This document shows positions 1 to 8,242 of a stretch of DNA of 64,000 nucleotides, piece by piece. Positions within the stretch are counted from its first letter, which is position 1. Each line of letters begins with the position of its first letter. The position numbers and the translations under genes are program-made. The notes under the pieces are model-generated. The model was not told the DNA's origin. It searched no databases and saw only the letters and a program-made list of their open reading frames with translations. Source of the DNA: Myxococcota bacterium (lineage in GTDB: Bacteria; Myxococcota_A; UBA796; SXON01). The DNA is taken from the NCBI GenBank assembly GCA_040386535.1, contig JAZKFH010000002.1, positions 64,001 through 128,000 of the forward strand, read 5' to 3'.

Positions 1-1
1 G

Positions 2-3000
2 GCGCTCGGCCTCCCGGGGCTCGTCGGGGTCATCGATGACCCCGCGATGGGGGTGAACCGCGCGCACGACGCCCCGCTCGCCGCGGACGTGCTCCCAGCC
101 CTCGTGAGGAAGCTCGCCCCCGCGGTGGAGGCCCTTGCCCGCGCCGCCTGGGACGCGCACCCGGGCGTGGGGGCGCCCGATCCCGTGCTCGCGTGGCTCG
201 CGACGCGCGGCGAGACCGTCCCCGCCTGGGCCGTCCCCCGCGCCCTGCTGCGCACCGTCGACGGCGCCTCCCTCACGCTCGCCGATCTCCGCGCGCGCGC
301 CTCGGACCGGCGGGCCGCGCGGATCAAGCTCCTCCGGCGGCCGCCGGGCGACGTTCCTGGTTTCGAGGACGCCGTGGTGGTCTCCGCCGCGCTCCAGCAG
401 GCCGTGGAGGCCATCGCGCCGCGGGCCGTACGCGCCGGCGAGGCCGAGCTGGCCGATGCCACCCGGCACCTCGCCACCTACCTCGCGCGCCCGCATGCCG
501 ACGATCCGGCCGCCCTCGCGTCCCGTGACGAGGTCGAGGGCGACCTGCGGGTGCGCTGGGTGTTGCTGGCCGACCCCGACCGGGCGGCGGTGCTGCGCGT
601 GGAAGCGCGTTGGCGCGATCGTGTGCTCGCGACGAGGGACCGCGGCGAGAGCCTCGGCGTGCTCGCCATCGTGGAGGGCGCCGGGATCACCCCGAGCGCG
701 GCGTTGACCGAGCTTCGCGATCCGCAGCGCCTGCACCCGTTCCTCAAGAAGGCGCGCACGCAGTTCGACAACGTCGTGGGCGACGCCCTCCACGCACTCG
801 GGGATGACGGCGTGCCGGAGCCCCACCGTGCGACGTGGCGCGGCGTCCTCGCGCGGCTGGACGGCGCCAACGACCGCACCCGGGCCGAGACGACGCTCCG
901 CGACCGCATCGCGGGGCTGAAGCTCTTCCGTCGCCTCGACGGCGTGCTCGTCTCCCGCGCCGAGATCGTCGCCGCCCTCGACAGCGGGCCGGTCTGGCAG
1001 GTGCCTTCCGACACGCTGCCGGGCGCCACCGACTCCCCCTGGTACCTCCCCGAGGAGCCGTGGACGATGCGTGCGCTGGGGGTGCTCGCGTCACGCCTGG
1101 GCGCCGGCGGCCCGGCGCTGCTCGCGTGGCGAGAGGGAGAGGTCCGTCGCCGCTCGCTCGTGCGCCGGGATCCCGTCGTCAGCGGGCGGGTGCTCGCGCG
1201 CGGACCGGTCACGGCGAACGGTCTCGTCGGCGAGGTCGCGCTCGTTCCCCTGGTAGAGGGCCGGGCGCGCGGCCTCGAGATCCAGCCGCTCGTCGACGGC
1301 CTTCCCCTGGATCCCGTCACCGTGCCCTTCCCCGCGCCCGCCGTCGCCGTGATCACCGGCCGGTCGGTGCGTGCGGACCGCGCGTTCCGCACGTGGGCGG
1401 CCGGCGCCCCCGCGGACGACGAGGCCGCCGCCACGGCGAAGGCCGCCGTCGTCACAGCGGGGCACACGCTCGCCATGTCCCTGGCCACGCGCGTGGGCGC
1501 GGCCGGGCTCGAAGTGGCCCCGACGTGGGGCTCGGCATCCCCCGAGCAGCTCTGGGCGGTCGCCTACGCCCTGGACGACGGTCCTGGCGCCGCGCTCGCC
1601 CTGTTCCCGTTGCTCGGCGGCGGGACGATCTCCGCGACGGCGTTGGCCGTTCGCGCGAAGGCCGGCGGCGTCGGCGTGGTGGCCCCCGGCACCACGCCCT
1701 TCGTAGCGGGCGCCGCGCCCGTGATCGCGCCGAAGTGGCTCCACGAACGGCTCGCGGCGCGGTTTCCGCTCGTCGATCTCGGCCCCATCGCGCTGCGTCA
1801 TCTCACGCCCGCGCCGAGCCCGACGGGGCACCCCGAGGTGGTGACCTCGGACGCGCGGGTGGGGTTCACGCGCGGCGCCGACGGCGTCGAGGTGCGCCGC
1901 CAGGGAGTGCTCCTCGCCACGGTGCCGGCTCGCGGTCCCGTCCCGATCACGGGGCGGCTGGACGCCCCCGATGCCGACGTCGACCCCCTCTGGCGCGGCC
2001 TGCTCCCCTCGCCTGCAACCACCGCGGTCCAGGCGCGCCTGGTCGCGCTGTCCAACGCCGTGCTCGCCCGCATCGTCGAGGACGCCGAGGCCCTCGCCCC
2101 GCGGGCGGCCGCCTCCCCCCTCCGCGAGGCGCTCGTCTTGGCGCTCGACACGCTGACCGCGTCCGTGACCGACGATGCCGCGCTGGCGGCCGCCTCGGCC
2201 TCGAACCCCCTCGTGGCGCGCCTCCTCGCCCTCCCGCTCTTCCGTGACTGCACGGGCGGCACGGGCGCCCTCCCCGACGTGCTCGCCCGGTCCCCCGTTC
2301 GGGTCGTGCCGGTGGGCGTGAGCGGGATCCCGCTCCCGTCGCGCGGCCGGATCTGGACGCTCGACACCGCGGAGCGCGGGCTCGTCGGCCGACTGCGGAG
2401 GCTCCACGAGGCCGAGGAAACCCTGCGGGACGAGACGCGCGGGGCGGCGCGCCGCGCGGTGGCCAGCCGCCCCGCGCCCATCCCGCCGAAGGACGCGCAC
2501 GTCGTGACGCTCGGGCGCACGGGTGGGCCGTGGAGCGGGGCAATATGGCTCGACCCCACGCCCCGGTCCGTGCCGGACCTCGGCGGGGAGGGCGCCGGAG
2601 TCGCGGTGCGTGTGGACGGCGCCACGGTCCAGTTGCTCCACGCCGCGCCGGGGGTCGTCGGCTGGATCGAGGGCGCGTTCGAGACGGACGCGGGCTTCAC
2701 CGTAGTCACGCTCCCCACCGACGTGACGATCGCGCTCCGCGGGGCCGCGGCCGAGCTCCTCCAGACCGAGGCCGCCTCGTCACCCCAGCAGGTACACCGT
2801 CGTCTCTCTGTGGCGCTCGCCGCATGCCGCCACGTCCACGATACGCTCCTCGCGGCGCCCCTCTCGCCGTGGGGGCTGGTCCCGCTCCTCTCCGACACCA
2901 CCGGCAAGGCGATCGACCTGCCGGCCCTCCGGGGCGCCATCAAGTCGAAGAAGCGCCTGCTCGTCGGGGCCGCGGGGGCGTTGTCGTCCCGCAAGAACGA

Positions 3001-3409
3001 GTGGGTGGTCGCCGGTGACGACGCCACGCTCGCCCTCCTCCGCGCGTGGTTTCCCGGCGCCGACGTGGAGGCCGTCGACGAGGCGCAAGCGCGGCGAGAG
3101 GCGCGGCGGCGCGAAGACGCTGCGAAGCGCGAGCAGGGCAACGTCGGCAAGCGCGAACGGGCGTTCGCCGAACGTGCGGGGGCGCACTACACGAAATGGA
3201 GCGGTTCCCCGGCTCCGGACAAGGCCATCCACGCCTGGATCGCGGCGTGGGCGGCCGGGCGGCACCCGGCGTGGCCCTCGTTCGCCGAGGCCGACCTCGA
3301 CGGGCCCTGGGCCGCGCTCGTCGCGTTCGCCGTGGGGGTGGAGGGGACCGTGCCCCAGATCCCGATGGTCACGGGGCTGGCGGGGGTGTTGAAGGGGGCG
3401 GTCAGCTGA
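2..3409 (+). CDS. Large hypothetical protein (5' truncated) with ~220-aa tandem repeats, possibly GHKL/HSP90 middle-domain-like modules
   Basis: Frame is open from nt 2 to TGA at 3407-3409, with GC-rich third positions. Motif L[FL]xxxxGxx[hydrophobic]xxxx[LIV] recurs at aa spacings of 226, 226, 212 and 216. Confidence 0.75.
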   Translation, partial: ALGLPGLVGVIDDPAMGVNRAHDAPLAADVLPALVRKLAPAVEALARAAWDAHPGVGAPDPVLAWLATRGETVPAWAVPRALLRTVDGASLTLADLRARASDRRAARIKLLRRPPGDVPGFEDAVVVSAALQQAVEAIAPRAVRAGEAELADATRHLATYLARPHADDPAALASRDEVEGDLRVRWVLLADPDRAAVLRVEARWRDRVLATRDRGESLGVLAIVEGAGITPSAALTELRDPQRLHPFLKKARTQFDNVVGDALHALGDDGVPEPHRATWRGVLARLDGANDRTRAETTLRDRIAGLKLFRRLDGVLVSRAEIVAALDSGPVWQVPSDTLPGATDSPWYLPEEPWTMRALGVLASRLGAGGPALLAWREGEVRRRSLVRRDPVVSGRVLARGPVTANGLVGEVALVPLVEGRARGLEIQPLVDGLPLDPVTVPFPAPAVAVITGRSVRADRAFRTWAAGAPADDEAAATAKAAVVTAGHTLAMSLATRVGAAGLEVAPTWGSASPEQLWAVAYALDDGPGAALALFPLLGGGTISATALAVRAKAGGVGVVAPGTTPFVAGAAPVIAPKWLHERLAARFPLVDLGPIALRHLTPAPSPTGHPEVVTSDARVGFTRGADGVEVRRQGVLLATVPARGPVPITGRLDAPDADVDPLWRGLLPSPATTAVQARLVALSNAVLARIVEDAEALAPRAAASPLREALVLALDTLTASVTDDAALAAASASNPLVARLLALPLFRDCTGGTGALPDVLARSPVRVVPVGVSGIPLPSRGRIWTLDTAERGLVGRLRRLHEAEETLRDETRGAARRAVASRPAPIPPKDAHVVTLGRTGGPWSGAIWLDPTPRSVPDLGGEGAGVAVRVDGATVQLLHAAPGVVGWIEGAFETDAGFTVVTLPTDVTIALRGAAAELLQTEAASSPQQVHRRLSVALAACRHVHDTLLAAPLSPWGLVPLLSDTTGKAIDLPALRGAIKSKKRLLVGAAGALSSRKNEWVVAGDDATLALLRAWFPGADVEAVDEAQARREARRREDAAKREQGNVGKRERAFAERAGAHYTKWSGSPAPDKAIHAWIAAWAAGRHPAWPSFAEADLDGPWAALVAFAVGVEGTVPQIPMVTGLAGVLKGAVS

Positions 3410-3824
3410 AGAGGTGAACCGGCGCGAACAGGATCGCGCCCACCCCGAAGATCACGAGGATCCACACGATGCTCGTGGGGTTGGCGACCAGGTACGAGCG
3501 GGACGGATCGTTCGGGTCGTAGTGGACCGGCACCGGGTTCGGCAGGCTGTCGACCAACTTCCGGATGCGGGTCGGATATCCCCCACTGTTGCGGACCTGG
3601 TACACCTGGTCGTTCGTGTGGACCGCGCCGCCCACACTGTAGGTGTACTTCACGTGGGGAAGGAACATGCGGCCGTGCGCCTTCATCGGCTCGCCGATGC
3701 CCCGCTCGAGGATCGTGCCGGGGACCGTCGGCCAGTCGCGCCCCGTCCGGATCTCCGTGTGTACGCGGCGCGCGAACCAGAGCGCCGTGGCGCCGAAGAA
3801 GAGCGTCAGGAGAAAGAGCGCCAT
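3402..3824 (-). CDS. DUF3592-like membrane protein
   Basis: N-terminal TM segment, WPTVPGTI, VKYTYSVGG, VPVHYDPNDPSRSYL and a C-terminal TM segment. ATG at 3824. Confidence 0.8.
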   Translation of the reverse strand: MALFLLTLFFGATALWFARRVHTEIRTGRDWPTVPGTILERGIGEPMKAHGRMFLPHVKYTYSVGGAVHTNDQVYQVRNSGGYPTRIRKLVDSLPNPVPVHYDPNDPSRSYLVANPTSIVWILVIFGVGAILFAPVHLFS

Positions 3825-3861
3825 GGTCGCAAGGTAGCCGGGGCCCCTATCGAACGCGACA

Positions 3862-6696
3862 CTACTCGCCGAACAACGTGTCGCCGAAGCCCTCGTACCC
3901 CCACCCATCCTCTCCTTTCACCGTCGGCTCGCCCGTGATCCAGCGCGCCATCGCCATCGGCACCGCGCCGTTGACGGCGGCCTCCACCCGCGCCCCTCCG
4001 GCCACCGGCGCGCCCCAGATCCCCACGAAGGCGTCCTTCTCGTGGAACGACTCGCCCGCGTGGCGCCCGGGGACGCGGGTGTTGTAGCCGACACCGGCGC
4101 GCGGGAAGAGGTTGATCGTGCCGGCGCGGTCGGTGTCGTAGAGGTGCGCGAGCTGGTTGACCGCGTCCTGGCGCTCGTTGAGGCGCGTGACCGCCAGCCA
4201 GTCGGCCTCCGTGCACCAGGTGGTGCGATCGGTCCGCGAAGCGGCGAGGCAGCGCGCGCGTTCGGTGGCGAGCTGGGAGGCCACGGCCGCGTCCACGGCG
4301 ACGTGGGGCGAGAGGCGGTCGAGCCCCAGCGGATCCTCGCCCGTGAAGCCGTACCACACGCGATCGCCGTGACGCTCCAGGGTCCCCACCGAAGCGCCTC
4401 GCAACACCTGGACTGTTCCGCCAGCGACGTCACACGCGGTCTCGCGCACCACGAGGTAGTCGAGCGTGTCACCCAGCCGGGTCAGGATCTCGGACACCAC
4501 GTCGATCGTGCGCCCTCCGAGCGTCTGGAGCGCGCGCAGCTCCGCGACCACGGGCTGGCGGCCCCAGCTGGGCCCCTGGTCGACGAAGAAGTCCATCATG
4601 TAGTTGCCGCCGGCGGTCGACGCGACGACCACGTCCACCCCCCGCACGGATGGCGGCCGCAAGCGATGGGTGAGCTTGGGCCCCTCCCCCTCGTCTGACG
4701 AGATCTTCCTCACGACCAGCTTCAACCCGGCCTTCTCCAGCCCGCCGATCACCTCCGCCTCCGGTGACACGATCCAACGCACGGTGGAGAGCCCGTGGTC
4801 GCCCGCCATGCCCCAGAGCGTGGTGTCGCTGACGCCGGCGCTGTCGTAGGTCGCGTCGATCTGTGTCAACCAATGATCCAGCCGGCGCAGCTCGCCGGTG
4901 GGTGACACGATCTCGTCGGAGAAGGGGCCCTTGGCATGCGCGAAGTGGTCCGGCCAGGGGTTGTAGTAGAGCAGGTAGTCCGGCATGGACACGGGCTCGA
5001 GTGCGGCCAATTCGCCGACGAGGGTGCGGGCCACGCGCCGCTCGTTGGATTGGATCCAGCGGTCGTACCACTCCCACGGATGGTGCTCCGCGCGCAGGAG
5101 CGCCTCACGGGACGACAAATCGGCGCGAAGCTCTGCGAGGCGCGCCTCGTTCTTCGCGCGCTGGCGCAATTCGCCCACGCAGCGCATGTCCCCGAAGTCA
5201 CGCGAGGCCTCACCCACCGCGAGCGAGAGCAGCGCGTCGAAGCTGTACCGCGCGGCCTCGTCGTATTGGCCGCCGCAGCTCATCGTCACGAGGTGGTCGA
5301 ACCGCTCGAACAGCGTCGTCATGCCCGCGGCCTTGGTCAGCGCGGTGAGCTGCAGTGCGTCGTTGCCGTAGAAGTACCAGGGGCGGCCCTGCGCGACGTC
5401 GGCGCCGTCGAGGACGAACGTGCGGTCCACGAAGTGGAAATTGGGGATGCCCGTGGCGCCGGCTCCCGCCACCGGGGCGCCAGTCTTCGCGATTGGGAGG
5501 TTGCGCACGCTGATCGTCGGCGTCGTGGAGATGCCGTTGCGCGCGATGCCGGGGCTCGTGTAGATCGTGGCGAAGAACGGGAGCAAGCCGGCCGTGCCGC
5601 TCGTCGCGGCGGCGTGGAGGAACCCGGTGGCCATCGGGGGGGCCGCCGTGGTGGAGTTCAGTGTGGGGCGCGCGGCGAGCTCCAGCCGCTCCTCCGCCAC
5701 CACCCGCGTGAGGAACGGATCCTGGGCCGCCCCCTTCGCGAGGGCCTCCACGAGATGGCCCTGCAGGCCGTCCACCACCACGTGCACCGCATGGCGACGC
5801 GTGCCGTGCCACCGGAGCCAGGTCCACCCGTCCACGTTGCCCGGCGTGAGCAGCTGGGCCTCCAACCACGCCGAGAGCTGCCGTTCGCGGTGCACCCGCG
5901 CCGAGAAGATGCGGTAGTGTTTGCACACCTCGAGATCCACGAATTCGACGAGGCTCAACGTCACGGCTTCGAGGGTGGTCGCGTCCGCGAGGATGTGGCG
6001 CACGGCATCGCGCATGTCCCCCGGCGCCATGCCGTCGGCGAGTGAGGTGAGGAGGCTCTTCACGATGGGGGCGCCGCGGGCCGCGCGGGCCCCGAGCGCG
6101 GCGTCGTCACGCGCGTCGCAGCTCAACCCTCCCACGGCGGCCGAGGCCCCCCGCGTCGCGTCGGGCGCGCTGCCCTGGAAGTAGACCGCGTCGTACAGAG
6201 ATAGCAGCCGCGCCGCCTGCTCCGCCGGGAGTCCGAGGCCCCCGCCTCCCTCGGCTACGGGCGGTGCGAACGAGAACAGGGAGTGCTCGAGGCCGGGCGT
6301 GCCATCGGATCGCACATTCGCACGCGCCCACGTCGCGAAGTCCTCCACGCCGGGGTCGTCGTACATCTGCTTCACGAACAACGCGAAGGGAACGAGCTCG
6401 TCGATCGTGTCCTCGCCGTGGATCCGCGCGTCGATCCGCGCCCGGACGTCGGGCTCCAGCGGGAGGGTCCCCACCCAGGTGGCGAGGCCGGCGGTGACCA
6501 CCCGCGTGGTCGCCCAGGCCGCGGGCACCTTCACCGACCACTTCGTCAGGTCGTACGCCTGCTCCAGCAGCGCGTGGGCCTCGCCGGCGAGCGGATCGGC
6601 GCCCGGCGGAGGCGGGGCGGGCCGATCCAGGGACGACACGATGAGCGCGAGGGCAACGGCACCGAGGCCGCCGAGGATCCAGCGTCGCTTGGACAT
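3862..6696 (-). CDS. Alkaline phosphatase superfamily protein (nucleotide pyrophosphatase/phosphodiesterase-like), N-terminal anchor
   Basis: Motifs VVVDGL, TPTIS, WPDHFAH, GDHG and GRHAG. Hydrophobic N-terminus MSKRRWILGGLGAVALALIV. Confidence 0.8.
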   Translation of the reverse strand: MSKRRWILGGLGAVALALIVSSLDRPAPPPPGADPLAGEAHALLEQAYDLTKWSVKVPAAWATTRVVTAGLATWVGTLPLEPDVRARIDARIHGEDTIDELVPFALFVKQMYDDPGVEDFATWARANVRSDGTPGLEHSLFSFAPPVAEGGGGLGLPAEQAARLLSLYDAVYFQGSAPDATRGASAAVGGLSCDARDDAALGARAARGAPIVKSLLTSLADGMAPGDMRDAVRHILADATTLEAVTLSLVEFVDLEVCKHYRIFSARVHRERQLSAWLEAQLLTPGNVDGWTWLRWHGTRRHAVHVVVDGLQGHLVEALAKGAAQDPFLTRVVAEERLELAARPTLNSTTAAPPMATGFLHAAATSGTAGLLPFFATIYTSPGIARNGISTTPTISVRNLPIAKTGAPVAGAGATGIPNFHFVDRTFVLDGADVAQGRPWYFYGNDALQLTALTKAAGMTTLFERFDHLVTMSCGGQYDEAARYSFDALLSLAVGEASRDFGDMRCVGELRQRAKNEARLAELRADLSSREALLRAEHHPWEWYDRWIQSNERRVARTLVGELAALEPVSMPDYLLYYNPWPDHFAHAKGPFSDEIVSPTGELRRLDHWLTQIDATYDSAGVSDTTLWGMAGDHGLSTVRWIVSPEAEVIGGLEKAGLKLVVRKISSDEGEGPKLTHRLRPPSVRGVDVVVASTAGGNYMMDFFVDQGPSWGRQPVVAELRALQTLGGRTIDVVSEILTRLGDTLDYLVVRETACDVAGGTVQVLRGASVGTLERHGDRVWYGFTGEDPLGLDRLSPHVAVDAAVASQLATERARCLAASRTDRTTWCTEADWLAVTRLNERQDAVNQLAHLYDTDRAGTINLFPRAGVGYNTRVPGRHAGESFHEKDAFVGIWGAPVAGGARVEAAVNGAVPMAMARWITGEPTVKGEDGWGYEGFGDTLFGE

Positions 6697-6759
6697 GGGA
6701 GAGCTCCGCCCGGGCGTTTACCACGATGCCGGGCAGATCCGGGCGCGCGACCGGAGGAT

Positions 6760-7233
6760 CTACGCCCGTGCGGGCACGGCCTTCGGCGGCCAGTCGCCGG
6801 TCAGCAGCGCGGCGAAGAACAGCGGGCCGATGAGCGCGTGGGCCATGTTCTTGAGGAAGGCGGGCCGATTCTTCTCCCAGATCGAGTGCCCGGCGAGCTG
6901 GATCCCCCACGCGCCGACCGCGATGACGACGACTGCCCACCAGGGCGTCACCGCGCCGATGGGAAAGCAGATCCCGAAGAACAGCGCCATCAGCAGGCCG
7001 AGGCGCACGTTGAGGGTGAGGTACCAACCCACGGCGCCGACGAACGCGAGGTGCCCGAGCGACAGCATGTAGCCACCCGTGCCCGGGATCTCGACGAGCC
7101 GCACCCAGTCAAGCATCGCGACGACGTGGAACACGATGAGGGGGATGGCAATCTTGTGGGTGAGCCGGTTCGTGGGATGACGATGGCCGTCGGCGTAGTC
7201 CTGGAAGAGGGCGTGAAGGCGGGCATCGAGCAT
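6760..7233 (-). CDS. DUF962/Mpo1-like membrane protein
   Basis: YADGHRHPTNRLTHKIAIP and QLAGHSIWEKNRPAF are family-typical His motifs. Confidence 0.85.
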   Translation of the reverse strand: MLDARLHALFQDYADGHRHPTNRLTHKIAIPLIVFHVVAMLDWVRLVEIPGTGGYMLSLGHLAFVGAVGWYLTLNVRLGLLMALFFGICFPIGAVTPWWAVVVIAVGAWGIQLAGHSIWEKNRPAFLKNMAHALIGPLFFAALLTGDWPPKAVPARA

Positions 7234-7379
7234 GGGGCGGCCTCGTGGGAGGAAGCGGATATCCACCGACCCGGCCGTCGGCTACCCGCCCTCGCCCCGG
7301 CGATGAACCGGGGGGGCGCACCCCGGGCGTCCGGTGGGGCCGGGCCTGCCAACCGGCTACGTTCCGCGCGGAGGCAGAG

Positions 7380-7694
7380 ATGTCGCACTTTGGCGTGAAG
7401 CAGATGTCGTGCACCCTCTGCGGGGGCTCGTTCCGCCTCGTCGGCGGCGCGATGGTCCACCCCGCCGACGTGTTGTGCAACACCTGCGTTCTGTCCCTCT
7501 ACGATCGGCTCCCCACCGAGCCCCTCGCGGATCTGAAGGCGTGGTGCGAGGCGCGCTTGAAGCCGCGCATGGGGATGATGCCGCCCACGCTCGCGCAGGC
7601 CATCGTCGACCGCCTCGAGCGGCTGCCCGAGGTGGTGCAGAGCCGCGCCGAGCTGGAGACCATGCTCGCGAATCGCAGCGTCGTAGGCGGGTAA
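7380..7694 (+). CDS. Small hypothetical protein with two CxxC motifs (putative zinc finger)
   Basis: GGAGG Shine-Dalgarno before ATG 7380. CTLC...CNTC motifs and coding-like codon bias. Confidence 0.6.
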   Translation: MSHFGVKQMSCTLCGGSFRLVGGAMVHPADVLCNTCVLSLYDRLPTEPLADLKAWCEARLKPRMGMMPPTLAQAIVDRLERLPEVVQSRAELETMLANRSVVGG

Positions 7695-7766
7695 AATTCC
7701 CTCGCCTCCGCACGGACCATTTTATGTCCGCATGTCCGGCTAAGGTGCGTCCACCTCCGGAGCCCC

Positions 7767-8162
7767 ATGTCCTCGCGTTCTCATGCGCTCGTCGTCGACG
7801 ATGATGCCCTCGTGCGCCAGTACATGCGCGACGTGCTCGTCGCGGAGGGGTGGGGCGTGACCGAGGCGGCGGATGGCGTCGAGGCGCTCCACGCCTATCG
7901 GGTAGGCGGCTTCGGCCTGGTGGTGCTGGACATGGTGATGCCGAACCTGGGCGGATTGGACGTGGTGCGCGCGATACGGGCGATCGACGTGCAGGTGCCC
8001 GTACTCCTGGTGAGCGGCAACACCGCGCCGGGCACGATCGAGGCAGGGATAGCGCTCGGTCGATGCCGATTCCTGGCCAAGCCCTTCCGCGCCGCCGCGC
8101 TCCTCACGGCGATCGACACGGTGATGAGCGACCTGTCGCCGGAGCTGTCCGACGCGCCCTGA
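7767..8162 (+). CDS. Single-domain response regulator (CheY-like receiver)
   Basis: LVVDDD, LDMVMP (phosphoacceptor Asp), VSG and FLAKPF. Confidence 0.92.
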   Translation: MSSRSHALVVDDDALVRQYMRDVLVAEGWGVTEAADGVEALHAYRVGGFGLVVLDMVMPNLGGLDVVRAIRAIDVQVPVLLVSGNTAPGTIEAGIALGRCRFLAKPFRAAALLTAIDTVMSDLSPELSDAP

Positions 8163-8242
8163 CGGTCCAGTGCGTGCCCGGCCCGCCCGCTCGCCCGCTC
8201 CCCCCGCACATCCACACCCCGGCCTGTTGTATGTTCCGCCGC

